From the NCBI GenBank assembly GCA_965246915.1, contig CBDFGB010000018.1:11617-75616 (forward strand): a DNA stretch of 64,000 nt, read 5' to 3'. Shown here in pieces: positions 10,162-19,598 of the stretch. The notes beneath the pieces were generated by a model. That model was given only the letters and a program-made list of their open reading frames with translations. It did no database searches and had not been told where the DNA came from. Source of the stretch: Acetobacteraceae bacterium (GTDB lineage Bacteria > Pseudomonadota > Alphaproteobacteria > Acetobacterales > Acetobacteraceae). The position numbers were made by a program, and so were the translations under genes. Within the stretch, counting starts at the first letter, position 1; each line of letters starts with the position of its first letter.

Positions 10162-10941
10162 ATGCCGAAACCCCCCCGGCCTGCCAAATCGGGGCTTGCC
10201 GCAACGGGGTTCGCCGAACAGGCCGGCCTGCTGGAACAGGTGGACCCCCCTACTCCGGTCCCAGCGGCTGTCGGCGTCGACGGGCACCGCGCGCGCATGC
10301 GCGCGCGGTTGCTCGCCTCCGGGCCCGAAGCCCTGGCCGACTACGAAATCCTCGAGATGATGCTCTACATCGCGCTGCCGAGGCGCGACACCAAGGCCCT
10401 CGCAAAACACCTCCTGGAACGATTCAAGACGTTTACCGGCGTCGTCGCCGCACCGATCTCCGAGTTGCGTCGGGTCGACGGCATTGGCGACTCCGGCATC
10501 GCATCGCTCAAGACCGTGCACGCGGCCGCCCTTCGACTAGCCCGTGCCGAGGTGATGAAGAACCCCGTCCTCATGAATTGGGACGCGCTGATGGACTACC
10601 TCAACGTCGCCCTCGCGCGTGAGCGCGTCGAGCAGTTCCGCATCCTGTTTCTCGACCACCGCAACCGGCTCATCGCCGACGAGGCGCAGACCCGCGGCAC
10701 GGTCAACCACACCCCAGTCTATCCGCGCGAAGTGGCCAAACGCGCGCTCGAGCTGAATGCCAGCGCGCTGATCATTGCCCACAACCACCCGAGCGGCGAT
10801 CCGACCCCCTCGCCCGCCGACATCCATATGACCCGCGAGATCGCCGACGCGGCACGGGCCGTCGCCGTCACGCTGCACGACCACGTGGTCGTGGGCAACG
10901 GCGCCTGGATCAGTTTCCGGCGGGAGGGGCTGCTGGGCTGA
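10162..10941 (+). CDS. radC: RadC-family JAB/MPN domain protein
   Basis: HhH region (ISELRRVDGIGDSGIASL) and the C-terminal JAMM motif (ALIIAHNHPSGDPTPSPADI). N-terminal extent uncertain. Confidence 0.85.
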   Translation: MPKPPRPAKSGLAATGFAEQAGLLEQVDPPTPVPAAVGVDGHRARMRARLLASGPEALADYEILEMMLYIALPRRDTKALAKHLLERFKTFTGVVAAPISELRRVDGIGDSGIASLKTVHAAALRLARAEVMKNPVLMNWDALMDYLNVALARERVEQFRILFLDHRNRLIADEAQTRGTVNHTPVYPREVAKRALELNASALIIAHNHPSGDPTPSPADIHMTREIADAARAVAVTLHDHVVVGNGAWISFRREGLLG

Positions 10942-11551
10942 GCCCGTTGGGATACAGCGCCTCGAACACCTCGTGGCCGCCATCCCAAATCAGCTTGAGG
11001 GCGACGTAGAAGACGATCAACAGGCCGATCCAGGCGATCCAGCGGTATTTCTCCAGCAGACGCGCCACGAAGCTGGCGGCCACGCCCATCAGCACGACGG
11101 AGACCGCGAGCCCGGCGATCAAGACCCACATGTGGTCCTTGGCCGCGCCGGCCACCGCCAGCACGTTGTCCAGGCTCATCGAGATGTCGGCCAAGAGGAT
11201 CTGCAGCATAGCGGCGCGCAGCGTCTTGGGTTTTTCCGTCTCAGCCGACGCATGCCCGCCGCGCGGCCGGCGCAGTTCGCGAAACATCTTCCAGCAGACC
11301 CACAGCAGCAAGACGCCGCCGGCCAGCAGCAGGCCCACGATCTGCAGCAGCTGTAGCGTGAACAGGCCCATCACGATGCGCAGCACGGCCGCCGCACCGA
11401 TGCCCACGATGATCGCCGGGCGCTTCTGGTGGGCCGGCAGGCCGGACACGGCGAGACCCACGACCACCGCGTTGTCGCCGGCAAGCGTGATGTCGATGAG
11501 CAGGACCTGCACGAAGGCGGTCAGCTCGGAGATCAGCGTCGACTCGTCCAT
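10910..11551 (-). CDS. TerC-family integral membrane protein (YjbE-like)
   Basis: Duplicated DNAVVV / DNVLAV motifs in TM helices. ATG 11551 is preceded by GGGAGA. The 3' end overlaps convergent radC by 32 nt. Confidence 0.85.
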   Translation of the reverse strand: MDESTLISELTAFVQVLLIDITLAGDNAVVVGLAVSGLPAHQKRPAIIVGIGAAAVLRIVMGLFTLQLLQIVGLLLAGGVLLLWVCWKMFRELRRPRGGHASAETEKPKTLRAAMLQILLADISMSLDNVLAVAGAAKDHMWVLIAGLAVSVVLMGVAASFVARLLEKYRWIAWIGLLIVFYVALKLIWDGGHEVFEALYPNGLSPAAPPAGN

Positions 11552-11614
11552 CGTGGCCCCTGTCTCCCGGCCGGCCGCGTTGCCGGGCATCCTGCAACGC
11601 CTTAAGGGAGGAGC

Positions 11615-12958
11615 ATGGTTCCGCGCTACTCCCGACCCGAAATGGCCGCGATCTGGATGCCCGAGAACCGCTATCGCATCTGGTTCGAGATCGAGGCTCT
11701 AGCCGCCGAGGCAATGGCCGAGCGCGGCACGATCCCCGCCGAAGCGGCGCGAACGATCCGCGAGAAGGGCGGCGCGCGCCTCGCCGCGATCGGCCCCGAG
11801 GATGTGGCCCGCATCGACGAGATCGAACGCGAGACGCGCCATGACGTCATCGCCTTTCTCACCTGGCTCGCCGAGGCGGTCGGGCCGGACAGCCGCTATG
11901 TCCATTTGGGCCTGACCAGCAGCGATGTCCTGGACACCACTCTGTCGGTCCAGCTGACGCAGGCGACGGACCTGCTGCTCGAGGATCTCGATCGCGTGCT
12001 GGCCGCGCTGCGCGCCCGCGCGTTCGAGCACCGGCACACGCTGACGATTGGGCGGAGTCACGGCATCCACGCCGAGCCGACCAGCTTCGGCCTCAAGCTC
12101 GCCGGGCACTGGGCCGAGTTCAGCCGCAACCGCGCCCGACTGGTCGCGGCGCGGGCGGAAATCGCGATCGCGGCGCTGTCGGGCGCGGTCGGCACTTACG
12201 CGCATGTCGATCCGTCCGTCGAAGCCCATGTCGCCGACAAGCTGGGATTGGCCGTCGAGCAGGTCTCGACCCAGATCATCCCGCGCGATCGGCACGCGGC
12301 CTATTTCGCGACCCTCGGCGTGGTCGCCTGCGCGATCGAGCGGCTGGCGACGGAAGTGCGGCATCTGCAACGGTCCGAGGTGCGTGAGGCGGAGGAGTTC
12401 TTCCACCCCGGCCAGAAGGGCAGTTCGGCGATGCCCCACAAGCGCAACCCCGTGCTGAGCGAGAATCTGACCGGCCTCGCGCGGCTGGTGCGTTCAGCGG
12501 TGATCCCGGCGATGGAGAACGTGACCCTCTGGCACGAGCGCGACATCAGCCATTCCTCGGTCGAACGGGCGATCGCGCCGGACGCCACGGTGACGCTCGA
12601 CTTCGCGCTGGTGCGGCTCGCAGGGATGATCGAGCGGCTGGTTATTTATCCGGAGCGGATGGCCGAGAACCTCGAAGCCCTCGGGGGCGTGGTGCATTCC
12701 GGCGAGGTCCTGCTGACCCTCGCCCGCGCCGGCCTGTCGCGCGAGGAGGCGTATCGGGTCGTGCAACGCAATGCGATGGCGACCTGGACGCGGCTGGGCC
12801 AGCCGGACGGTGTCGGCTTCCGGGCCAACCTGGAGGCCGATCCGGACGTGGCAGGGCGGATTGAGGCCGGAATGCTCGACGAGGCAATGGACAGCCGCGT
12901 GCACCTGCGGGAGGTCGACCGAATTTTCGCACGGGTGTTCGGCGAGCCGGCCGCATGA
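11615..12958 (+). CDS. purB: adenylosuccinate lyase
   Basis: GGGAGGAG RBS. MVPRYSRPEMAAIW...; fumarate-lyase signature GSSAMPHKRNP; 447 aa. Confidence 0.95.
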   Translation: MVPRYSRPEMAAIWMPENRYRIWFEIEALAAEAMAERGTIPAEAARTIREKGGARLAAIGPEDVARIDEIERETRHDVIAFLTWLAEAVGPDSRYVHLGLTSSDVLDTTLSVQLTQATDLLLEDLDRVLAALRARAFEHRHTLTIGRSHGIHAEPTSFGLKLAGHWAEFSRNRARLVAARAEIAIAALSGAVGTYAHVDPSVEAHVADKLGLAVEQVSTQIIPRDRHAAYFATLGVVACAIERLATEVRHLQRSEVREAEEFFHPGQKGSSAMPHKRNPVLSENLTGLARLVRSAVIPAMENVTLWHERDISHSSVERAIAPDATVTLDFALVRLAGMIERLVIYPERMAENLEALGGVVHSGEVLLTLARAGLSREEAYRVVQRNAMATWTRLGQPDGVGFRANLEADPDVAGRIEAGMLDEAMDSRVHLREVDRIFARVFGEPAA

Positions 12959-13163
12959 ACGTGCGCCCCCTCGACGCGCCCGACCGACCTATGTTCCGGG
13001 TCTCCGACGATCCTGAAACTGACGTCGTTGCACGAATCGGCTTGGATCTGCTGCGACCGTACACGAGTCGAAGGCGTGGCGATTCACACACTGGCTACCG
13101 TGTCGTTCGTTCGCCGAGGATCAACACCCTCACGCCAGGAGACGAGCGGCGCTCGTAGGCCAC

Positions 13164-13739
13164 ATGACAGGAACGCCGTTGAGCGCGATCGCCCCCCGCC
13201 AAATCAAGTCGGACATACTGGGTGCCGAACAAACGCAGGCGAAGCACTCGGCCGTCGATGCGAACGGGATGATCCGCCGGGTTCCGGTGCACGACGTGAT
13301 CCTCCGCCCGACCCGGCCAGTTGCTCACGAGGATGGCCACGTGACGGAGGTCGCCCGGGCAAGCTGGGACGTGATCGGCGAGCCGATCGTCCAGATCCAT
13401 ACGACGACGACCTTCCCTGGCCGCCATCGCGCCTGGGGACTGCACCGGCGCAGTACCGACCGCCTGTTCGTCGTAAGCGGCCTGGTCAAGCTCGCGGTGT
13501 TCGATGGTCGCGTGGACTCACCGACCTTCAGATGCGTGACGGAGGTCATTCTCAGCGAGAAGAACCCGGGACTGCTGATCATCCCGCCCGATCTCTACCA
13601 TGGATGGAAGAACATCGGCGTGACGGAAGCCGTGGTCATCAACATGCCGACGGTCATGTATAACTACGACGAGCCCGACGCCCTGGACCTGCCATGGGAC
13701 TCCGAGGCGGCCGAAAGCCTGATCCCCTATCGGTTTTGA
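13164..13739 (+). CDS. dTDP-4-dehydrorhamnose 3,5-epimerase-like cupin protein
   Basis: RmlC-like pattern: WGLHRRSTDRLFVVSGLVKLAVFDGRVDSPTF...LIIPPDLYHGWKNIG. The start may be the internal ATG at 13266. Confidence 0.7.
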   Translation: MTGTPLSAIAPRQIKSDILGAEQTQAKHSAVDANGMIRRVPVHDVILRPTRPVAHEDGHVTEVARASWDVIGEPIVQIHTTTTFPGRHRAWGLHRRSTDRLFVVSGLVKLAVFDGRVDSPTFRCVTEVILSEKNPGLLIIPPDLYHGWKNIGVTEAVVINMPTVMYNYDEPDALDLPWDSEAAESLIPYRF

Positions 13740-13765
13740 TACTCGTCGATCGGACCCACGTCGCA

Positions 13766-14938
13766 GTGGAGCCGCGTGTCACCGTTCTGCTCCCGACCCA
13801 TAATCGTGCGGACGTGCTGGGCGTTGCCATCCGTTCGGTCCTGTCCCAGACGATGGCGGATTTCGAATTGCTCATCGTCGGCGATGGCTGCACCGATGGC
13901 ACGCGCGACGTCGTCGCCTCGTTCTTGGACCCTCGCATCGTCTGGTTCGACTTGCCGAAAGCCCCGTTCAGCGGCTACGCGAATCGCAACATCGCGCTTC
14001 GCCAAGCCCGCGGCCGGTACGTGGCCTACGCGCAGCACGACGATATCTGGTTTCCCGACCACCTGGCACTGCTGCTGAAGGCGATCGAAATCGCGGGCGC
14101 CGACTGGGCCTACAGCCGCCCGCTATGGGTCGGACGGAACGCCGCCATCGTCCCGTCGCCCGTCAACCTCACATTGCCCGATGAGCTCGACTTCTTCATG
14201 ACGATCGGGAACAGCGTGCCGTCCAACTGCGTCCTGCACACCCTCGGCGCGCTTCAGAGGGTCGGCTACTGGCCGGAGGACGTGGCGAATTTCGCCGACT
14301 GGAAATGCTGGCAGCTGATGATCGCCTCGAGCGCGACACCGAGCGTGGGCTACTGCCGATCAGCGACATCGCTGCACTTCCCGACGATCATGAGCACCCA
14401 GATCAGCATGCCCGAAAGCGCCTTGCGGGAGAGTGCCGCGTCCCCCTGGTGGCCCCCAATCCTGCGGTGCCCGTGCCCGCCCACCGAACGCGCGGCACAG
14501 GAGACGCTCTGGCGCGCACTGCGCGACGGCGGCGACGCATGGCTCGCCGCCATCCGCGACGCGGCGGACATGGTCGTCGATCACGTCGCCCTGACGACCA
14601 TGCGACAATGGCAGCCGCTCGCGGAGCGCGTAGCCGTGGCGGAGCGCGAAACCGCACGATATCGCGCGGAAGCCGAGGCCATCCGCGCCGACCTTGCCGC
14701 GCGAACAGCCGACGCGTCCCACGCGCGCGCGGAGTCCGAGGCCGCGAGCGCTGCGGCCGATGGCGCGATCACCGAGGCACGAAATGCGCGCGAGCTCGCG
14801 CAAGCCGCCGCCGAGGATGCCCGGCGGGCGCGAGCCGATACGGCCCAGCATCGCGCGACGCTGGACCTGTTGCATCGGAGCCGATCTTGGCGGCTAACGG
14901 CTCCATTGCGGGCGGCCGTCAACGCCCTGCGCGGCTGA
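13766..14938 (+). CDS. family 2 glycosyltransferase with C-terminal Ala/Glu/Arg coiled-coil tail
   Basis: GT-A N-terminus VTVLLPTHNRADVLGVAIRSVLSQTMADFELLIVGDGCTDGT..., then DD (HDD). The ~100-aa tail ends in SRSWRLTAPLR. A GTG start at 13766 avoids overlap with the upstream gene; the track ORF starts at 13694. Confidence 0.75.
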   Translation: MEPRVTVLLPTHNRADVLGVAIRSVLSQTMADFELLIVGDGCTDGTRDVVASFLDPRIVWFDLPKAPFSGYANRNIALRQARGRYVAYAQHDDIWFPDHLALLLKAIEIAGADWAYSRPLWVGRNAAIVPSPVNLTLPDELDFFMTIGNSVPSNCVLHTLGALQRVGYWPEDVANFADWKCWQLMIASSATPSVGYCRSATSLHFPTIMSTQISMPESALRESAASPWWPPILRCPCPPTERAAQETLWRALRDGGDAWLAAIRDAADMVVDHVALTTMRQWQPLAERVAVAERETARYRAEAEAIRADLAARTADASHARAESEAASAAADGAITEARNARELAQAAAEDARRARADTAQHRATLDLLHRSRSWRLTAPLRAAVNALRG

Positions 14939-14947
14939 CCCATCGGG

Positions 14948-17161
14948 TCACCCGAATTTCCCGCTCTTCGGAAACCCGGTCGGCGGCAACCGGCCCGCTT
15001 GCGCCCGAGCGCCGATCCACTCGCCCAGCGCCGCCTCCGTGCGGGTCCGCTCCCCCAGCGTCCACGTGAGGCCGGCGGCGAGCGTGAACACCCGCACATC
15101 GGCCAGCACGCCGTCGCGATACTTTTGCAACGTCACCCCCGCGCCGCGCGCCATGCGCGGGACCTGGTCGAGCGGAAACACCAACAGCTTGCGGCTGGTG
15201 CCGATGACCGCGACGTGGTCGCCCTCGGCCGGCACGCAGACGGCGGCGCGCTCGCCGTCGCGAAGGTTCAGCACCTGCTTGCCGGTCCGCTTCTCGGCGA
15301 CCAGCGCGTCCGGGGTGGTGACGAAGCCGCGCCCGGCATCGGAGGCGACCAGATAGGCCGCATCGCGCAGCACGAACAACGCGACGACATTGTCCTCGCC
15401 GCCCATGTCGACGAGCACCCGCACCGGCTGCCCGTCGCCCCGCCCGCGCGGCAGGTCGGCCGCCCGCACGGTGAACGCGCGCCCGTCGGTCGCGAACACG
15501 CACAACCGGTCGATCGTCTCGCAGCGCACCAGCAGACGCGCCGCGTCTCCCTCCTTGAACTTCAGCTCCGCGCCGTCCGCGGCGTGCCCCCGCACCGCGC
15601 GCAGCCAGCCCTGCTTCGACAGCACCACCGTGATCGGCTCGCGCTCGACCAGCGCCTCGGCGACGATCGCCACGTCCGACGGCGCGCCCGCGATATCGGT
15701 CCGCCGGTCACCAAGCCTCCCGCCGCCGAATGTCTTGCGGGTCTCCTCCAGCTCGCCGGCGATACGCCTCCAGCGCAGCTTCTCGCTATCGAGCAGTGCC
15801 GCCATGTCGCGTTTCTCGCGCGTCAGGGCCGTGTGCTCCTTGCGGATCGCCATCTCCTCCAGCCGGCGCAGGCTGCGCAGGCGCATGTTCAGGATCGCCT
15901 CGGCCTGCATTTCACTGAGCGAGAACGCGGCCATCAGCACCGGACGCGGCTCGTCCTCGGCGCGGATGATGCGGATCACCTCGTCGATGTTGAGGAACAC
16001 CGACAAGAACCCGTCGAGCACCTCCAGCCGCTTCTCGATCGCCGCCAAGCGATGACGCGTGCGGCGGATCAGCACCTCGTGGCGATGATCGAGCCACGCG
16101 CGAAACACCTCGCGAAGGCCCATGACGACCGGCGTGCGATCGGCGCGCAGCACGTTCATGTTGAGCGGGAAACGGGTCTCCAGCTGGGTCGCCCGAAACA
16201 ACGACTGCATGAGGACATCCGGCTCGACAGCTCGGCTTTTCGGCTCCAGCACGAGGCGGACGACATCGGTGCTCTCGTCGCGCACGTCGCCCAGCAGCGG
16301 CAGCTTCTTCTCCTCCAGCAGCGCCGCGAGCTGTTCCAGAAGCCGCGTCTTCTGCACCTGATAGGGGATCTCGGTGACCACGACCGACCACGTCCCGTGC
16401 TTGCCTTGTTCCACCGACCAGCGCGCGCGGAGCCGAAATCCGCCGCGGCCCGTTTCGTAGGCGGCTGCAATGGCGGAAGCGTCCTCGACGAGGATTCCGC
16501 CGGTCGGAAAATCCGGGCCGGGCATCAGCGCCAGCAGCTCGCCGGTGGTCGTATCGGGATTGGCCACCAGCGCGAGAGCGGCGGCGCACAATTCGCCCGC
16601 GTTGTGCGGCGGGATCGAAGTCGCCATGCCGACCGCGATGCCGGCCGCGCCATTGGCCAGAAGGTTCGGGAAGCCGCCGGGGAGCACCAGCGGTTCGCTC
16701 TCCTCGCCGTCATAGGTGGGCCGGAAGTCCACCGCGTCGTCGTCGATGCCGGCGAGCATCGCCCGGGCGACCTCGGTCAGCCGCGCCTCCGTGTAGCGCA
16801 TGGCCGCCGGGTTATCGCCGTCGATGTTGCCGAAATTGCCCTGGCCCTCGACCAGCGGATAGCGGACCGCGAAATCCTGCGCGAGCCGGACCATCGCGTC
16901 GTAGATCGAGGAATCGCCGTGCGGATGGTACTTGCCCATCACGTCGCCGACGATGCGGGCGCATTTCTTGAAGGCGGCGGCGGGATCGAGCCGCAATTGA
17001 TGCATCGCGTAGATCAGCCTTCGGTGCACCGGCTTCAGCCCGTCGCGCACGTCCGGCAGCGACCGCGCCATGATGGTGGACAGCGCATAAGCCAGATAGC
17101 GCTCCGACAGAGCGTCGATGAGCGGCGTGTCTTCGATGTTTCCGGCGAGATCGTCAGGCAT
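14948..17161 (-). CDS. parC: DNA topoisomerase IV subunit A
   Basis: N-terminus [19 protein letters not shown]...[22 protein letters not shown]...AMRYTEARL is the type IIA topoisomerase A-subunit signature. At 737 aa with no GyrA-box region it is more likely ParC than GyrA. Confidence 0.88.
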   Translation of the reverse strand: MPDDLAGNIEDTPLIDALSERYLAYALSTIMARSLPDVRDGLKPVHRRLIYAMHQLRLDPAAAFKKCARIVGDVMGKYHPHGDSSIYDAMVRLAQDFAVRYPLVEGQGNFGNIDGDNPAAMRYTEARLTEVARAMLAGIDDDAVDFRPTYDGEESEPLVLPGGFPNLLANGAAGIAVGMATSIPPHNAGELCAAALALVANPDTTTGELLALMPGPDFPTGGILVEDASAIAAAYETGRGGFRLRARWSVEQGKHGTWSVVVTEIPYQVQKTRLLEQLAALLEEKKLPLLGDVRDESTDVVRLVLEPKSRAVEPDVLMQSLFRATQLETRFPLNMNVLRADRTPVVMGLREVFRAWLDHRHEVLIRRTRHRLAAIEKRLEVLDGFLSVFLNIDEVIRIIRAEDEPRPVLMAAFSLSEMQAEAILNMRLRSLRRLEEMAIRKEHTALTREKRDMAALLDSEKLRWRRIAGELEETRKTFGGGRLGDRRTDIAGAPSDVAIVAEALVEREPITVVLSKQGWLRAVRGHAADGAELKFKEGDAARLLVRCETIDRLCVFATDGRAFTVRAADLPRGRGDGQPVRVLVDMGGEDNVVALFVLRDAAYLVASDAGRGFVTTPDALVAEKRTGKQVLNLRDGERAAVCVPAEGDHVAVIGTSRKLLVFPLDQVPRMARGAGVTLQKYRDGVLADVRVFTLAAGLTWTLGERTRTEAALGEWIGARAQAGRLPPTGFPKSGKFG

Positions 17162-17879
17162 GGGCGCTCTCCGCGAGGGCGGTCACGCGGTCGTACAGCG
17201 CGACTCGCGCGGGCGGCAACGGACGGTGCTGGTGGCCGAACGCGTCGCGCGCCAGGAAATGCCCGGTCAGCCGCAACCCGTCCCGCCAGGTGGCAGCGTC
17301 GGCGGAGGCCGCCGGGTCGCGCAGGAACGCCGGCAGCGGCAGCAGGCGCGCGCGCCATCGTCCCGCCGCATCCCCGCGGACCGCCCGGCCGGTGCGTGGG
17401 GAGACAAAGACCAAATCCTCCGTGGTCCCGGTGATGGCGCATGACGAAAGATCGAGCCCGTAGCCGAGATCCGTCAGCAGCACCGCCTCCCACCGCACCG
17501 CGGCAGCAGGCTCGGGACGGGCCAGCAGCCGCACGAGATCGCCGAACACGCGCCCGTGCGGTTCACGCTCCGGCAGGCCGCCGGCCGCGACCGCGCAGCA
17601 GGACGCGATGACCGAGAGCGCCAGCGGGTCGTCAAGCGCCAGGGCCGCCGGCTGATGCACCGCCTCGGCGGTCAGGCTGCCGAGTTGGTCGGACAACCGC
17701 GCGGCCCAACGCGCCTGCAGCAAATTTCCCGGCTGCCAGGTCGCCGCCCGGGCGCGAGAAAATCCGCCGCGAACAAGGCCGCGCGTGACGCCCTCGTGTT
17801 CCGAAAACACAGTGGCGACCGCGTCGCCCTCACCGTACGGCCGCGCGTCGAGCACGGCGCAAGGCGCTTCCCACTCCAT
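17154..17879 (-). CDS. recO: DNA repair protein RecO
   Basis: [39 protein letters not shown]... is an OB-fold RecO N-terminus. 241 aa; 8-nt overlap with the parC start. Confidence 0.85.
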   Translation of the reverse strand: MEWEAPCAVLDARPYGEGDAVATVFSEHEGVTRGLVRGGFSRARAATWQPGNLLQARWAARLSDQLGSLTAEAVHQPAALALDDPLALSVIASCCAVAAGGLPEREPHGRVFGDLVRLLARPEPAAAVRWEAVLLTDLGYGLDLSSCAITGTTEDLVFVSPRTGRAVRGDAAGRWRARLLPLPAFLRDPAASADAATWRDGLRLTGHFLARDAFGHQHRPLPPARVALYDRVTALAESAHA

Positions 17880-17918
17880 GCGCCCAGATGCGGCGCACGG
17901 CCGACGCTGGCAAGGGGC

Positions 17919-18509
17919 CTACATCGCGCGGTCCGGCACCGTCACCCCGATCATGTCGCCGTCGCGCACCAACCCGGCCAATTCCCCGGCGCTCCACCCC
18001 TCGGTCCCGGCGGGACGCAGCGGCAGGACCATCCAGCGATAATCCGCGGTGCTGTCCACGACACGCAGCCGCATGGCCTCGGGCAGAACGGTTCCCCATT
18101 CGGCCAGCAGCCCGCGCGGGTCGCGCACCGCCCGCGCGCGATAGGCGGCCGACTTGAACCAGAATGGAGGATAGCCCAGCACCGCGCGCGGATAGCAGCT
18201 GCAGAGCGTGCAGACGACCAGATGGTGCAGATCCGCCGTATTCTCCAGCACGCCGAGCGGCGGCAGGCCGCGCATCGGGATGCCCGCCTCCTCCGCCGCC
18301 GCCGACCCGTCGCGCAGCAGCAGCGCGCGATAGGCCGCATCGGTCCAGGCCCGCGCCACCATGCCGGCCCCACGCGCCGGCGTGGCCGCATCGGTGCTGG
18401 CGATCCGCTCAGCGATCTCGGGCTCGGTGACGTGCCCCTTCGCGGCGAGCACCGAGCGCAGCGCGCGTAGAATACGGTCCGCATCCTCCCGCCAATCCAG
18501 CTCCGTCAT
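17919..18509 (-). CDS. nitrile hydratase alpha-subunit-like protein (cobalt-type VCTLCSC centre), with no adjacent beta subunit
   Basis: Full-length similarity by eye to NHase alpha: ARAWTDAAYRALLL.DG..A, LHHLVVCTLCSCYPRAVLGYPPFWFKSAAYRARAVRDPR, LPLRPAGTEGWS..EL. ATG 18509 overlaps the lactonase stop (ATGA). Confidence 0.8.
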   Translation of the reverse strand: MTELDWREDADRILRALRSVLAAKGHVTEPEIAERIASTDAATPARGAGMVARAWTDAAYRALLLRDGSAAAEEAGIPMRGLPPLGVLENTADLHHLVVCTLCSCYPRAVLGYPPFWFKSAAYRARAVRDPRGLLAEWGTVLPEAMRLRVVDSTADYRWMVLPLRPAGTEGWSAGELAGLVRDGDMIGVTVPDRAM

Positions 18510-19597
18510 GGCGAGAGCCTCACGCACATGGGCGAGCCGATGTTCACCCGCGAAACCGGGTCGGACAGCAGCCCGGTCTCGGCGTCCCGGCGATGCACGG
18601 TCACCTCGTGCGCATCCTGGCCGGCGACCAGCACAAACCGCCCGGTCGGATCGAGGGTAAAGTTGCGCGGCGTGCGGCCTACCGCGCGATGGCCGATGAG
18701 CTTCAAGGTGCCCTCCCTGTCGACGGCGACGACCGCGATGCTGTCATGACCGCGGTTGGAGGCGTACACGAAACGCCCGTCGGGCGCGGCATGAATGTCG
18801 GCGGCGTGGTTCACCCCGGAAAACCCGTCCGGGAGCGTCGTCTCGGTCGCCAGCAATCGCGGGTCGCCGCCGCCATCCCACGCGAACGAGGTCACGGTAT
18901 TGTCCAACTCGCCGCTGACCACCGCGAGACCCGGCCGCACCCAGTCCAAATGGCGCGGCCCAGTTCCCGGCGGCATCACGGCCTCCCCCGCCTGCATCAG
19001 GTTGCCTGTGGCGGAATCAAACCGATACGCGATCAGCCGGTCGAGGCCGAGGTCGGCAACCAGCATGGCGCGCCCGTCCGGCGTCGCGAGGACGCAGTGC
19101 GGGTGCGGCCCCTCCTGCCGATCCGGATTGGGGCCCGGGTTGGCCCCCCGTCCAGAATGCGACACGCCATGCACGAACGGACCCACACCGCCATCCTCGG
19201 CGACCGAATGCACGCTGATCGCCAAAGGCTGCCGCACGCCGTCCGGGCCGAGCCGGTAGTTGACCACCAGGATCCAGCGACCCGACGGGTCCTGGATCGC
19301 CTGCGCCGCGATGCTCCCGCCCGTGGCCTGCTTGTTGATATAAGTCAAGACCCCGTCGGCGCGGATGCGATACGCGGTGACCACGCCCTCGTGCCACTCG
19401 TAGACTTCGCTGGTCGCATACAGCGTGCGGCCGTCGGCGGCGACGACCAGAAAACTCGGGTTGTCGACGCCGGTCGTCTCCGACAATGCGGTCAGCGCGC
19501 CGGTGTCCGGATCGAACGACAGCACGGCGATCCCTTGCCCGCGCGACTTCCCCTCATAGGGCGCCGCGCGGTTCAGACAGCCGACGAAGGCCAGCAC
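18506..19597 (-). CDS. lactonase family protein (7-bladed beta-propeller, 6-phosphogluconolactonase-like)
   Basis: Repeated blade motifs (NPSFLVV..DGRTLYA, GPHPHCVLATPDGRAMLVADLGLDRL, GPRHL, HAADIHAAPDGRFVYASNRGHDSI, PRNFTLDPTGRFVLVAGQ) are typical of PF10282-type lactonases. Confidence 0.8.
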   Translation of the reverse strand: MLAFVGCLNRAAPYEGKSRGQGIAVLSFDPDTGALTALSETTGVDNPSFLVVAADGRTLYATSEVYEWHEGVVTAYRIRADGVLTYINKQATGGSIAAQAIQDPSGRWILVVNYRLGPDGVRQPLAISVHSVAEDGGVGPFVHGVSHSGRGANPGPNPDRQEGPHPHCVLATPDGRAMLVADLGLDRLIAYRFDSATGNLMQAGEAVMPPGTGPRHLDWVRPGLAVVSGELDNTVTSFAWDGGGDPRLLATETTLPDGFSGVNHAADIHAAPDGRFVYASNRGHDSIAVVAVDREGTLKLIGHRAVGRTPRNFTLDPTGRFVLVAGQDAHEVTVHRRDAETGLLSDPVSRVNIGSPMCVRLSP

Positions 19598-19598
19598 C

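Noticed and set aside
14999-17434. 811-aa ORF on the plus strand
   Set aside because: It is antisense to parC and recO, and its composition is dominated by R/A/G/P. The opposite-strand genes have clear family signatures.
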